Origin: a virus
Strand: one strand, 5' to 3'
DNA length: 64,000 nucleotides
IMG/VR virus record: IMGVR_UViG_3300020175_001039
Location: 1 to 64,000 of that record
The notes below the pieces were generated by a model. It was not told the DNA's origin. It saw only the letters and a list, made by a program, of their open reading frames with translations, and ran no database searches. A program made the position numbers and the translations under genes. Shown here piece by piece: positions 38,214 to 47,012 of the stretch (the stretch's first letter is position 1; each line of letters begins with the position of its first letter).

Positions 38214-38466
38214 TTTGTCTGCACAATCCAGTAAACCATGAATCTACGATTTCACTTTCGTCTTGTCCACTGTAACCAGAGTCAAGTAGTTTGCGAACAA
38301 AAATCTCGTTCCACTCCAATTCAAAATAGCCATCGCTTGGATTTTCTGGATCAATATTAGTGCTTAGTACACGCACATATGGTTCACCACGTGCTGTTGC
38401 TTTATCTTTGTCAGACAAAGGCTCCGAAGAGCCTTTGCCAAATAAACTTTTAATTTTCTGTAACAT
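38197..38466 (-). CDS. Hypothetical phage protein
   Basis: TAATG-coupled to metK. Confidence 0.6.
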   Translation of the reverse strand: MLQKIKSLFGKGSSEPLSDKDKATARGEPYVRVLSTNIDPENPSDGYFELEWNEIFVRKLLDSGYSGQDESEIVDSWFTGLCRQIAEEV

Positions 38467-39560
38467 TAGATTTTCTCCCATGGAACGTCTTTGTCTCCAA
38501 AGTGTCCGTATACACAGTTTTCACTGTAGTTGTAGAAGTTAAACATATCAAACTTTCGAATAATTCCCAATGGAGTCATATTTTGTGTAGCGATCCAGTT
38601 TTCAAGTGCCTGTACGTTAGCCCCATCATTGCAGTCAATATACACTGCCATTGGCGCTTTTACTCCGATGGCGTATGAGAGTTGGATCGTCGCCCAGTCG
38701 CAATATCCTTTGGCCACCGCCTGTTTTGCAAGCCATCTTGCCATGTAGGCTGCTGATCGGTCAACCTTTGTTGGATCTTTGCCAGAAAAAGCGCCGCCGC
38801 CATGGGGAGCATAGCCCCCATAAGTATCAACGATAATCTTGCGTCCAGTAAGGCCAGTATCACCGTCAGGGCCACCAATAACAAAATTCCCAGTGGGATT
38901 AATAAAAAATTTAGTATGTTTCTCATTATACAATTCTCCAAGCTCATCAATACAAACCTGTCTTGCAATCTCTATTGCACTGTCTCCACGTTTGTCTGCG
39001 TGTTGAGTACTACATACTACATTAGTTGCATATGCTGGCTTGCCGTCAATATATTTAATACTAACTTGGCTTTTTGCATCCGGACCCAATACATCTTTGT
39101 TATTCTGTCGCATCACATCCAGTGTTTTTAGAATTTCATGACTATAGTGGATGGGCGCTGGCATCATACTTGGCGTATCATTACATGCATAGCCGAACAT
39201 AATGCCCTGATCGCCTGCGCCAAAATTATCTGTACCCAATCCAATGTCACCACTTTGTGCGTGGATTTCGTTGTATACTTTTAAATTTTGCCAATGAAAT
39301 CCTTCTTGTTCGTATCCAATTTCACGTACCTTATCGCGAATAATTTCATCTACTTGTTCTTTAGTGATATTAAAGTTTTTCACTTCTCCTGCCACTGTAA
39401 CCATATTAGTTGTAACAAGTGTTTCAATTGCAACACGGGTCGTCTCGTCCCCATTGCGTAATCCTGCATCCAATAGTGCGTCACTGATTTGGTCAGCGAC
39501 TTTATCTGGATGACCAGCACTAACTGATTCGCTTGTGAAGGTGTAATTACCTTTGTTCAT
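38466..39560 (-). CDS. metK: S-adenosylmethionine synthetase
   Basis: FTSESVSAGHPDK, GAGDQG, GGGAFSGKD. Confidence 0.97.
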   Translation of the reverse strand: MNKGNYTFTSESVSAGHPDKVADQISDALLDAGLRNGDETTRVAIETLVTTNMVTVAGEVKNFNITKEQVDEIIRDKVREIGYEQEGFHWQNLKVYNEIHAQSGDIGLGTDNFGAGDQGIMFGYACNDTPSMMPAPIHYSHEILKTLDVMRQNNKDVLGPDAKSQVSIKYIDGKPAYATNVVCSTQHADKRGDSAIEIARQVCIDELGELYNEKHTKFFINPTGNFVIGGPDGDTGLTGRKIIVDTYGGYAPHGGGAFSGKDPTKVDRSAAYMARWLAKQAVAKGYCDWATIQLSYAIGVKAPMAVYIDCNDGANVQALENWIATQNMTPLGIIRKFDMFNFYNYSENCVYGHFGDKDVPWEKI

Positions 39561-39952
39561 AGTTTACCTACCTTATATATAATAGTTTTTATTAAGCTGC
39601 CAAGACCATTACGGCGTTGTGCCGTCAACAGCTCTTTAATTCCCAGTGCTTCTAAGTCACTTGGTTCAATTGCTTTAGCTTGTGATAATGGTATACCACT
39701 AAAACAATCACATACAATATGCGTGATTCCTTTTGTAATCATTGCATCGCTATCGTATTTTACTTGTACAATACCTTCTTCATTAAATGCTGATACCCAA
39801 ATTTGACTCATGCATCCATCAATTTTGTTATAATCAGTCTTGAAAGCGTCATCCAATGTTGCTGATTTTTTTGCAAGATCAATCAAATGTACTAGACGAT
39901 CATCATCGTCCAACCACTCCATCTCCTCTGCCCAATTATTTATCTTATCCAT
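39557..39952 (-). CDS. sufE: SufE family Fe-S sulfur acceptor
   Basis: GCMSQIW, DSDAMITKG, LT.QRRNGL. Confidence 0.9.
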   Translation of the reverse strand: MDKINNWAEEMEWLDDDDRLVHLIDLAKKSATLDDAFKTDYNKIDGCMSQIWVSAFNEEGIVQVKYDSDAMITKGITHIVCDCFSGIPLSQAKAIEPSDLEALGIKELLTAQRRNGLGSLIKTIIYKVGKL

Positions 39953-39953
39953 G

Positions 39954-41072
39954 TTATACTTTCTTTTTGAAGACATATACACCTTCAAATTTTTCTCTGC
40001 CTGCTAGTTTATCGTTACCTACTCCAGGGCGTGTGTTGAGCATCATCTTAATTGTCTTGGTGTGTTCAAAACCTAATTTTTCGGCTGTAGCAATCCATTT
40101 ATCAACTACTTCTACTGGTTCTTTCTGGCTGTATGTTTTATAATCTGCAATATTTGTAGCAAACGTTCCAGTTGATTTTAATCCACGATGTATGTTAATC
40201 ATAGTTGGTTCAACGTAACCTTCAAACCATTCATCCAGTGTAGTATAATTAACCATACACTGAGTAGGTTCATCACTATACTTTTCTAAGTTAAAGTATG
40301 GCGGAGAGCTGAATGCCAAATCAATATTCTCTGATTGGTAATTTTCACTAACGTCTTGGATAATTTCACTATTGGTATTTAAAAATGTATTTAAGTATTT
40401 TAGATAGTTATATGTCTCAGTGTTTGGATCTGTTCCAACATATGTATATCTCATATTACTACTACTTATGCCTAATAACCTGCCGCCATAACCACAACTG
40501 TAATCGTATACCCTGCCCCACATTACTGGGCATAGATGCTCTACGATAGCACGTGCATTCTGCGCTTTGAAGTTGGTAACATTCTCTCCAGTCACTAACT
40601 CTAATGCTCTGCGCATTGCTGTAGGGTATACTAGTTTGTTGCCTTCTCTAAATTCAAAACAGATTCTGATAGCACGTTTTAGTTTTGCATCATCGTAAAA
40701 TCTATCCTTTAATGAATTTGATCCTCTACCTTTTGGTTCTGCTGTTTGCATGTTGGTAAAGATAAATCTGTTAATGGTTTGACCTGCATTGTTTCCGAGT
40801 CCAATTCGTCCAGAAGACACACCGTTATATGACTTGGCTCGAAACCCTCGGACAGCGTCTCGAATTCCTTGCTCAGTGTAATATACCACAGGGACAAGCC
40901 CACGATTGCGGTAGAGATTAAAAACGCTATCAATAGTTCCTTCAGGATCTGCCGCATATGTTTCTTTCGTGTGTTTATCAAATTCAGGATACAGGTCTTC
41001 ATAACCAGTAAACTCATCCCCGAAGATGTGTTCAGATTTTATACCCCAAAAATCATAAATCTTATCTATCAT
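39954..41072 (-). CDS. DNA amino-methyltransferase (N4C/N6A type)
   Basis: YDYSCGYGGRL (motif I), FSSPPYF (motif IV). Confidence 0.75.
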   Translation of the reverse strand: MIDKIYDFWGIKSEHIFGDEFTGYEDLYPEFDKHTKETYAADPEGTIDSVFNLYRNRGLVPVVYYTEQGIRDAVRGFRAKSYNGVSSGRIGLGNNAGQTINRFIFTNMQTAEPKGRGSNSLKDRFYDDAKLKRAIRICFEFREGNKLVYPTAMRRALELVTGENVTNFKAQNARAIVEHLCPVMWGRVYDYSCGYGGRLLGISSSNMRYTYVGTDPNTETYNYLKYLNTFLNTNSEIIQDVSENYQSENIDLAFSSPPYFNLEKYSDEPTQCMVNYTTLDEWFEGYVEPTMINIHRGLKSTGTFATNIADYKTYSQKEPVEVVDKWIATAEKLGFEHTKTIKMMLNTRPGVGNDKLAGREKFEGVYVFKKKV

Positions 41073-41253
41073 TATTTTCCTGTCGCAATCTAAATGGAGT
41101 ATAAATGTTATCCCAAATATAAAAAATACTATAAGCACCTATGCCACCAATAAACATTGATAGCCAATTACCGCTAAACAATGCTATTTGTATATTGCCC
41201 CATAAAAAGTCTGCCGCAAAAAATGCCGCAATATAATCATACCATCTGATCAT
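41062..41253 (-). CDS. Small membrane protein
   Basis: Hydrophobic ORF, ATGA-coupled. Confidence 0.55.
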   Translation of the reverse strand: MIRWYDYIAAFFAADFLWGNIQIALFSGNWLSMFIGGIGAYSIFYIWDNIYTPFRLRQENNDR

Positions 41254-41414
41254 CCGAATACCGCCCATACTAAAAAAAGTATAAGCATCCATCCAAAGAA
41301 GCCTATACCATTACTACCAACTAGACCTTTGCTTTTCGCACAATCATAACAATAGCGATACTTCTTTGGAGTTTGCTTACTACAAAAAAACGCATCACAT
41401 GTTTTCTTACTCAT
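41250..41414 (-). CDS. 54-aa Cys-rich (zinc ribbon-like) protein with C-terminal TM helix
   Basis: Manual: MSKKTCDAFFCSKQTPKKYRYCYDCAKSKGLVGSNGIGFFGWMLILFLVWAVFG; coupled at both ends. Confidence 0.6.
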   Translation of the reverse strand: MSKKTCDAFFCSKQTPKKYRYCYDCAKSKGLVGSNGIGFFGWMLILFLVWAVFG

Positions 41415-41527
41415 TAAATTAAGCCCTTCTTACGCAACTTTTCATCTAGCTCTTCATACATTTTAATCGGAGCCTTCATTGCTTTTTCGTGCTGTGCGTT
41501 TTTATACTCTCTAAGTTCCCCAGGCAT
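41414..41527 (-). CDS. 37-aa hypothetical protein
   Basis: MPGELREYKN... fills the gap after queE; TAATG-coupled downstream. Confidence 0.4.
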   Translation of the reverse strand: MPGELREYKNAQHEKAMKAPIKMYEELDEKLRKKGLI

Positions 41528-42404
41528 TTCCGAATAAGCTAATGTGGAGTCTTGGACTGAATCGCCATCCTCTTGCCATACAGGCTTCCGCCACGTCTTT
41601 AACGTTGAGGGAATATTCTTCACTGCGTCCGCCCATTGGCATAAGGTATACTGGACATTGTATCCCGGCATCTGCATAAGTTGCAACAGCCCTTTCGACT
41701 TCTTCAAAGTCAGACTCAGTAGCAACAACAAATTTGAAATACATGTTGCTATCAGTAACACAGGAATACTCACTAGCAATGTTAGGCTTGATAGCATCAT
41801 CCCAAGACTCGCCCGAAACGGAGAGTTTTGGTGAACAACTAAATGTGACTGTAATTCTGTCTGAATTGTTGAGATAATTGTACAGTTCATCGTGTAAAGG
41901 TTGTGTAGTGTTTGTTTCAAATGTAACATTTTTTAAATCCGCCATACGTGGGTGTTCGAATAATTCTACGTAAAGTCGTTGCCACGCTAACAACGGCTCG
42001 CCGCCTGTGAGAATAAGATGGATATCTTGTCCATCATCTTGTGTCCATTTACCTTGAGGAGTCAAAGAAAGCAAATGCTCTACTACTTCATCAATAGTTG
42101 CCAGCTTGTTGAAGTCTTTAAACTCTGGATAGATACTTGCATATGTATCACAGCCTGTGTGAACAATAGGAAGATCTTCAAATGTTTTAGTCTTCTCAAT
42201 AATACCATCATCCAACAATGCCTTTACTTCTGCATTGTAACGCTGACCTTCTGCATGTTGTTCCCAACGATCTTTCTTTGTATCTACACCAAAGTTCATA
42301 CAACGGAAGTTACAACCAAAGGTACGTAGGAATACACTTGGTACCCCTACAAACTGGCCTTCGCCCTGTACGCTATAAAACGCTTCTGAATATCTTAGTT
42401 TCAT
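41511..42404 (-). CDS. queE: 7-carboxy-7-deazaguanine synthase (radical SAM)
   Basis: YSEAFYSVQGEG..G.PSVFLRTFGCNFRC...CDT, TGGEP, ETN, SPKL, PRLH. Confidence 0.9.
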   Translation of the reverse strand: MKLRYSEAFYSVQGEGQFVGVPSVFLRTFGCNFRCMNFGVDTKKDRWEQHAEGQRYNAEVKALLDDGIIEKTKTFEDLPIVHTGCDTYASIYPEFKDFNKLATIDEVVEHLLSLTPQGKWTQDDGQDIHLILTGGEPLLAWQRLYVELFEHPRMADLKNVTFETNTTQPLHDELYNYLNNSDRITVTFSCSPKLSVSGESWDDAIKPNIASEYSCVTDSNMYFKFVVATESDFEEVERAVATYADAGIQCPVYLMPMGGRSEEYSLNVKDVAEACMARGWRFSPRLHISLFGNAWGT

Positions 42405-42541
42405 TTGTTTAGCATCCTTGCACATGTAAAGAAACTGTTTTCTTTCAAACAATCACTCCATTGATGATATGCAAGTGCTAGTACACCCGCAATAATTGCT
42501 GTTGACAGTACCAGTGTACTAATAATCTTAAGCCAATTCAT
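42401..42541 (-). CDS. 46-aa membrane-anchored protein
   Basis: Manual: MNWLKIISTLVLSTAIIAGVLALAYHQWSDCLKENSFFTCARMLNK; ATGA-coupled both sides. Confidence 0.55.
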   Translation of the reverse strand: MNWLKIISTLVLSTAIIAGVLALAYHQWSDCLKENSFFTCARMLNK

Positions 42542-42702
42542 TTTGTAGTTACCTTCCGTAATGTCCATGAGCCATCTTTGTTATCAATCCACTCGATTGT
42601 ATCGCCAACACCAGCGTCCAGCGCCTCTAGCATTTCGTCAGTCAGCTCAAAGAACAGTTCATCACTGCCTTCAACTTGTTGTAGGGTTAATGTTTTTTGC
42701 AT
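42538..42702 (-). CDS. AbrB/MazE-like DNA-binding protein (54 aa)
   Basis: Manual: ...LFFELTDEMLEALDAGVGDTIEWIDNKDGSWTLRK; GAGG RBS. Confidence 0.6.
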   Translation of the reverse strand: MQKTLTLQQVEGSDELFFELTDEMLEALDAGVGDTIEWIDNKDGSWTLRKVTTK

Positions 42703-43453
42703 TTAATACCTCATTTGTTTCTTTAACTTGTTCTAGTATACTATGATCTATTACTGTTGTCAAGGCTTTTACGTCCTTGGGAAAGCATGCACCTTGATAA
42801 CCCAAGTTACCCTGGGCGTTAGGCGCTTTCATCATATCAGGCCCGATGCGATAGAAGTTTCCGAGAGCATTCGTTACTGTTTCATAATCAATACTTTCAG
42901 GCATGTTTGCATATAACTCGTGAAACCATGCTACCTTGGTAGCTAAAAATGCATTGTGTGCATACTTGATCATGCTTGCTTCTTCGGTGCTGCAATATAC
43001 TGTATTTAGATCGTGTCCAGATGCCTCTGCAAACAAATCATCCCACCATACTGCATCATCTCGGTTATTTTCGTGGTGACCAAATATCCACTGTTCTTGG
43101 TTATTGAAGTCTTCTTCTGCTCTAGCCTCACGTAAAAACTCTGGGTTGTATACTACATTAGCTTCATAGTCACGTAAACAATCAAATGTTACACTACTTT
43201 TAAGTAACACTTTGGTACGGTGATCTGTCATCTCCAATATTTCACGTACAATACTATCATCACATGTGCCGTCTTCTGCACTAGGTGTCGGGACACATAT
43301 GATAATTCCATCATTTTCAAATATTGCATCATGTGGGTCTACACCTGGATACAATACTGGATCTACTCTACTAACCGCTACTCCATTATTTTGCAGAAAG
43401 TTGGCGACAGTGCCGCCAACAAATCCACATCCAAAAACAGCTATATGCATCAA
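42671..43453 (-). CDS. UDP-glucose/GDP-mannose dehydrogenase family (short form)
   Basis: GCGFVG, CVPTP, KSS, NPEFLRE, GACFPKD catalytic Cys. Confidence 0.85.
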   Translation of the reverse strand: MMHIAVFGCGFVGGTVANFLQNNGVAVSRVDPVLYPGVDPHDAIFENDGIIICVPTPSAEDGTCDDSIVREILEMTDHRTKVLLKSSVTFDCLRDYEANVVYNPEFLREARAEEDFNNQEQWIFGHHENNRDDAVWWDDLFAEASGHDLNTVYCSTEEASMIKYAHNAFLATKVAWFHELYANMPESIDYETVTNALGNFYRIGPDMMKAPNAQGNLGYQGACFPKDVKALTTVIDHSILEQVKETNEVLNAKNINPTTS

Positions 43454-44820
43454 TAGTCCATATCCTCGTCAATTGCAAGACCAATGGTGCCTGGCTTGTT
43501 TACAAAATTATGTAATGTGCGTACACCAAATCCAACTGCGCCTTTGGGAGTAAGTGGCTTGCCGTTATCTTCCCATGCCATGCCTGCAATATCCAAGTGA
43601 GCCCATACAACGTCATTTTCGATAAACTTGAACAAGAACTCCGCCGCCGTTGTTGAGCCAGCGTATGGGCCGCCAATGTTCTGCATATCAGCAATTGGCG
43701 ATTCAATCATTTTTGCATATTCAGGACCCATTGGCATGCGATAAAATCCTTCACTACAATCTTTGCCTGCGGCAAGAATTAGCTTCTCCAACTCTGTTGA
43801 GTTAGTAAACAATCCTGCCATTTGTTTTCCCAATGCGGCGACAATTGCACCAGTTAAGGTAGCCAAATTAATCACAGTAGCTGGTTTATATTCACGTTGA
43901 ACATATGTCAAAATATCCGCAAGTACAAGCCGACCCTCTGCATCAGTATTCAAGTTTTCTACTGTCTGTCCGCTTAGTGATGTAACAACATCACCTGGCT
44001 TGATTGCTTTACCGTCTGGCATGTTCTCTACAAGACCTACAATACCCACAACGTTTCTTTTAGTATTCGTTGAAGCAATTGCATGCATGGCACCTACCAC
44101 TGCGGCGCTGCCTCCCATGTCATACTTCATATCTCCCATACCACGCCCTGGCTTGAGGCTAATGCCGCCACTGTCAAATGTAACACCTTTGCCTACTAGT
44201 GCAACTGGCTGATCATCTTTTTTACCATTCATGTATTCCATAACAACAACTTGTGAATCCCTGTCGCTACCTTGTCCTACACTTAGTAGCAAGTTAAATC
44301 CCATCTTTTCTAGTTGACGTTGACTGTATACTTTGACAGTTACACCAAGAGGTGTAAGTGTTGATTGGATACGATCAGCATATTCTTCTGGATATAATTC
44401 GTTACCAGGCTCACTAACAAAGTCACGAGCCCAATTTACACTAGTAGAAACACCACTTCCATGTGTTACAACGCCGCCATATAATATTTCTTTAAGTTTA
44501 TTGGCTTTCGGATCAGTTTTGTATTTGTTAAATTCATACATTGCCAATTCCGCACCGTCGACAATAGCGTCTCCAAAACATCCAGTATCAAAATTAAGTG
44601 TTTCTACTTTTGATTTATATTTACCTACCATTTTGCCAGCAAGTGTGCGCCATGCTTCACCATTTTCTTCGGGCTTTTTTTCTACAATAGTGATGTAGTC
44701 ATACTCATCATGTGCAAATGATACATCAACATCTCCTTGTTGTACGCTTGCACGTTTTGCAATATCACCAAGTGCTTTGGCTTGTTTGCTGTCTTTAATT
44801 ACTACTAATGCTTTAGACAT
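43450..44820 (-). CDS. pepA: Leucyl aminopeptidase (M17)
   Basis: VGKGVTFDSGG, MKYDMGG, NTDAEGRL, HLDIAG. Confidence 0.93.
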   Translation of the reverse strand: MSKALVVIKDSKQAKALGDIAKRASVQQGDVDVSFAHDEYDYITIVEKKPEENGEAWRTLAGKMVGKYKSKVETLNFDTGCFGDAIVDGAELAMYEFNKYKTDPKANKLKEILYGGVVTHGSGVSTSVNWARDFVSEPGNELYPEEYADRIQSTLTPLGVTVKVYSQRQLEKMGFNLLLSVGQGSDRDSQVVVMEYMNGKKDDQPVALVGKGVTFDSGGISLKPGRGMGDMKYDMGGSAAVVGAMHAIASTNTKRNVVGIVGLVENMPDGKAIKPGDVVTSLSGQTVENLNTDAEGRLVLADILTYVQREYKPATVINLATLTGAIVAALGKQMAGLFTNSTELEKLILAAGKDCSEGFYRMPMGPEYAKMIESPIADMQNIGGPYAGSTTAAEFLFKFIENDVVWAHLDIAGMAWEDNGKPLTPKGAVGFGVRTLHNFVNKPGTIGLAIDEDMDY

Positions 44821-44822
44821 TG

Positions 44823-45152
44823 TTACTCCTCGATTAAATTTGAATATCTTTTTAATTTTAAACGCTTTACTTGTTTTCGAGCATCTAGTTCTTGTCTTGT
44901 AATATAGCCGTGTTCAATTAATAAATCCAACATCAATGCTACATCGCCAGCCTCTTCGATAAGACCTTCTATTTTCTTTTTATCAGTTCCCCATCGTACA
45001 ATTTTCATACACGATTGAATTAATTCACCACATTCTTCAGCAGTAATTGCCATGAGTTCTGTTTCCAATGGCTGTTTACTTTTGTCAGATCGATTAACTG
45101 CATCATATGATGGGTATCCTTTTTCATATACTGGTGGTGCATTAGTGTCCAT
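44823..45152 (-). CDS. MazG-like NTP pyrophosphohydrolase
   Basis: AEECGEL...EEAGDV. Confidence 0.7.
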   Translation of the reverse strand: MDTNAPPVYEKGYPSYDAVNRSDKSKQPLETELMAITAEECGELIQSCMKIVRWGTDKKKIEGLIEEAGDVALMLDLLIEHGYITRQELDARKQVKRLKLKRYSNLIEE

Positions 45153-45188
45153 TTATTAAATCTCCAAAGTTTGATATTTTATACTTCC

Positions 45189-45217
45189 ATTATAATCTAA
45201 AATTTGCAAGAAGTCAA
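45189..45217 (-). promoter_or_regulatory. sigma70-type promoter
   Basis: TTGACT-17-TATAAT. Confidence 0.65.
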
Positions 45218-45223
45218 TCGTTT

Positions 45224-45565
45224 TTAAGCATGTCCCACAGTCTCACGCATAATGTCATTATGCGAAAATTCTGCCCAATATAATTCAAAAGCGACACCAT
45301 CTTCTAAACATTCAAACTGATGATACACTCCAGGCTTAACCTTAGTGTACATGCCTGGTTCGAGAATAGTCTCATCAACTAAATCATAATCTTTCTGCCA
45401 TACACGAATAAGCATACGACCAGATTCGACATAAAACCCATTCCACTTAAATTCATGTAGGTGTTTAGAACAAACACCGCCCTTGTTCATTTCAATACGA
45501 TGGAATTCCAAAGCACCATTAGCTTCAACTAATTCAGTGTTGCCCCATACCTTACCTGCTATCAT
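45224..45565 (-). CDS. Cupin (sugar isomerase-like)
   Basis: GKVWG, CSKHLH..K, PGVYHQF. Confidence 0.65.
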   Translation of the reverse strand: MIAGKVWGNTELVEANGALEFHRIEMNKGGVCSKHLHEFKWNGFYVESGRMLIRVWQKDYDLVDETILEPGMYTKVKPGVYHQFECLEDGVAFELYWAEFSHNDIMRETVGHA

Positions 45566-46244
45566 TCCATTTCCCCAAATCTTGTGGTGTGTTAATTTCT
45601 ATACCATTAAACTCAACTGGGAACACACTCATGCTCCAACCGCTTTTTAACCAACGCAGCTGTTCTAGTTTTTCAATTCTTTCTTCACGTGTACTTACAA
45701 GTGTATCATATAGTGCTAATGCTTCACGTTTATATCCATATACACCTAAATGTTGGTCTCCGTATCCCGACATTCCTCTCCCCATCCACAACACTTTATC
45801 ACCTGCACGTACAAGTTTAACTGTGTTTGGGTCATCTAGTCTTTCATCTTTAATTGGAGTACACACTGTTGCTAATGGATAATGCTTTAATCCAAAGATA
45901 CATTTGTCAATCATTTCCAGTGTCACGTCAGGCATATCACCTTGTACATTAATGAATTGATCGTAGTGTCCTAAGTACTTAGTAAACATGTCATTCGCTA
46001 CTGCGCCAGCACATCTAGCAGTTCCGTTTTCGTATTCTTGTTCTTGATCTATCCAACACGCCCTTGCGCCAAACTGTTCAAAAATACGCATATCGTCTGT
46101 AAGTACATATGTCGGTAGCCCTGTTGCTTTACATGCATTGTAGACACGCTTAATCATAGGAATACCATCTAGCATTGCCAGTGGCTTGCCGAGAAAGCGA
46201 GTGCTGTTATACCTTGCTGGTATAAGAATAGCTGATGATGTCAC
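45552..46244 (-). CDS. kdsB: 3-deoxy-manno-octulosonate cytidylyltransferase (CMP-Kdo synthetase)
   Basis: IPARYNSTRF.GKPL, NVQGD.P, HLGVYGY, E.LEQLRWL. Confidence 0.9.
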   Translation of the reverse strand: MTSSAILIPARYNSTRFLGKPLAMLDGIPMIKRVYNACKATGLPTYVLTDDMRIFEQFGARACWIDQEQEYENGTARCAGAVANDMFTKYLGHYDQFINVQGDMPDVTLEMIDKCIFGLKHYPLATVCTPIKDERLDDPNTVKLVRAGDKVLWMGRGMSGYGDQHLGVYGYKREALALYDTLVSTREERIEKLEQLRWLKSGWSMSVFPVEFNGIEINTPQDLGKWNDSR

Positions 46245-47010
46245 GTACTATCTCCTCAAAGTCTTTTAAGTGTAACATGTTGGGTCCATCACTGGGTGCG
46301 TTGTCTGGATCTGCATGTACTTCTAAGAAGAAGTTACTGACGCCCATAGCAGAAGCAGCCCTAGTAAGACCTGGAACATAATTGCGATTACCCCCACTAC
46401 TAGAACCCTGTCCTCCTGGCGACTGGACTGAGTGAGTGGCATCGAACACAATATTACTAAAATTGTCAAGCATATAGTTGATGCCAGTAAAATCATTAAC
46501 CAAAGTATTATATCCAAAACTGGTACCTCTTTCTGTAATCCACACTTCTTTTGCACCTTGTGTTTTACTAAGGATACCTTTTACATCCCATGGTGCAAGA
46601 AACTGTCCTTTCTTGATGTTGACAATCTTGCCTGTTTTGCAAGCTGCCTTAATCAAATCTGTTTGTCTGCATAAGAATGCTGGTATCTGTAATACATCAA
46701 CGCATTCCTCCCAACCTACGATAATCTCACCAATCTGGCTAACACTATGTACATCTGTTACTGTAGATACTCCATACGTTTCTTTCAGTGTACGAAAATC
46801 CATCATGGTGTTTTCTAGTCCAACCCCACGTTTACTATCTGCACTTGTACGATTTGCTTTGTCGTAACTTGCTTTAAAATAATAATCGATACCATACTTG
46901 TCGCACACACGTTTACACTCACGTGCAATCTCTGCACTTTGTGCTAGACCTTCATGCTGACAAGGTCCTGCAATAATTCTCATGACAGGTAATTCTATAA
47001 TTTTATTCAT
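46207..47010 (-). CDS. kdsA: Kdo-8-phosphate synthase
   Basis: IAGPC, KASYDKANRTS, QIPAFLCRQTDL, KKGQF, DATHSVQ, SDGPN. Confidence 0.95.
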   Translation of the reverse strand: MNKIIELPVMRIIAGPCQHEGLAQSAEIARECKRVCDKYGIDYYFKASYDKANRTSADSKRGVGLENTMMDFRTLKETYGVSTVTDVHSVSQIGEIIVGWEECVDVLQIPAFLCRQTDLIKAACKTGKIVNIKKGQFLAPWDVKGILSKTQGAKEVWITERGTSFGYNTLVNDFTGINYMLDNFSNIVFDATHSVQSPGGQGSSSGGNRNYVPGLTRAASAMGVSNFFLEVHADPDNAPSDGPNMLHLKDFEEIVRDIISYSYTSKV

Positions 47011-47012
47011 TT

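Noticed and set aside
41414-41929. 171-aa ORF overlapping queE
   Set aside because: Mostly an alternate frame of queE; only the last 37 codons from ATG 41527 plausibly form a gene.
38466-47010. Cellular (bacterial) chromosome origin suggested by metK, pepA, kdsAB, sufE
   Set aside because: These genes are isolated from their usual operons and mixed with T4-like rnh, clamp, tdk and many small phage-type ORFs, consistent with auxiliary metabolic genes.
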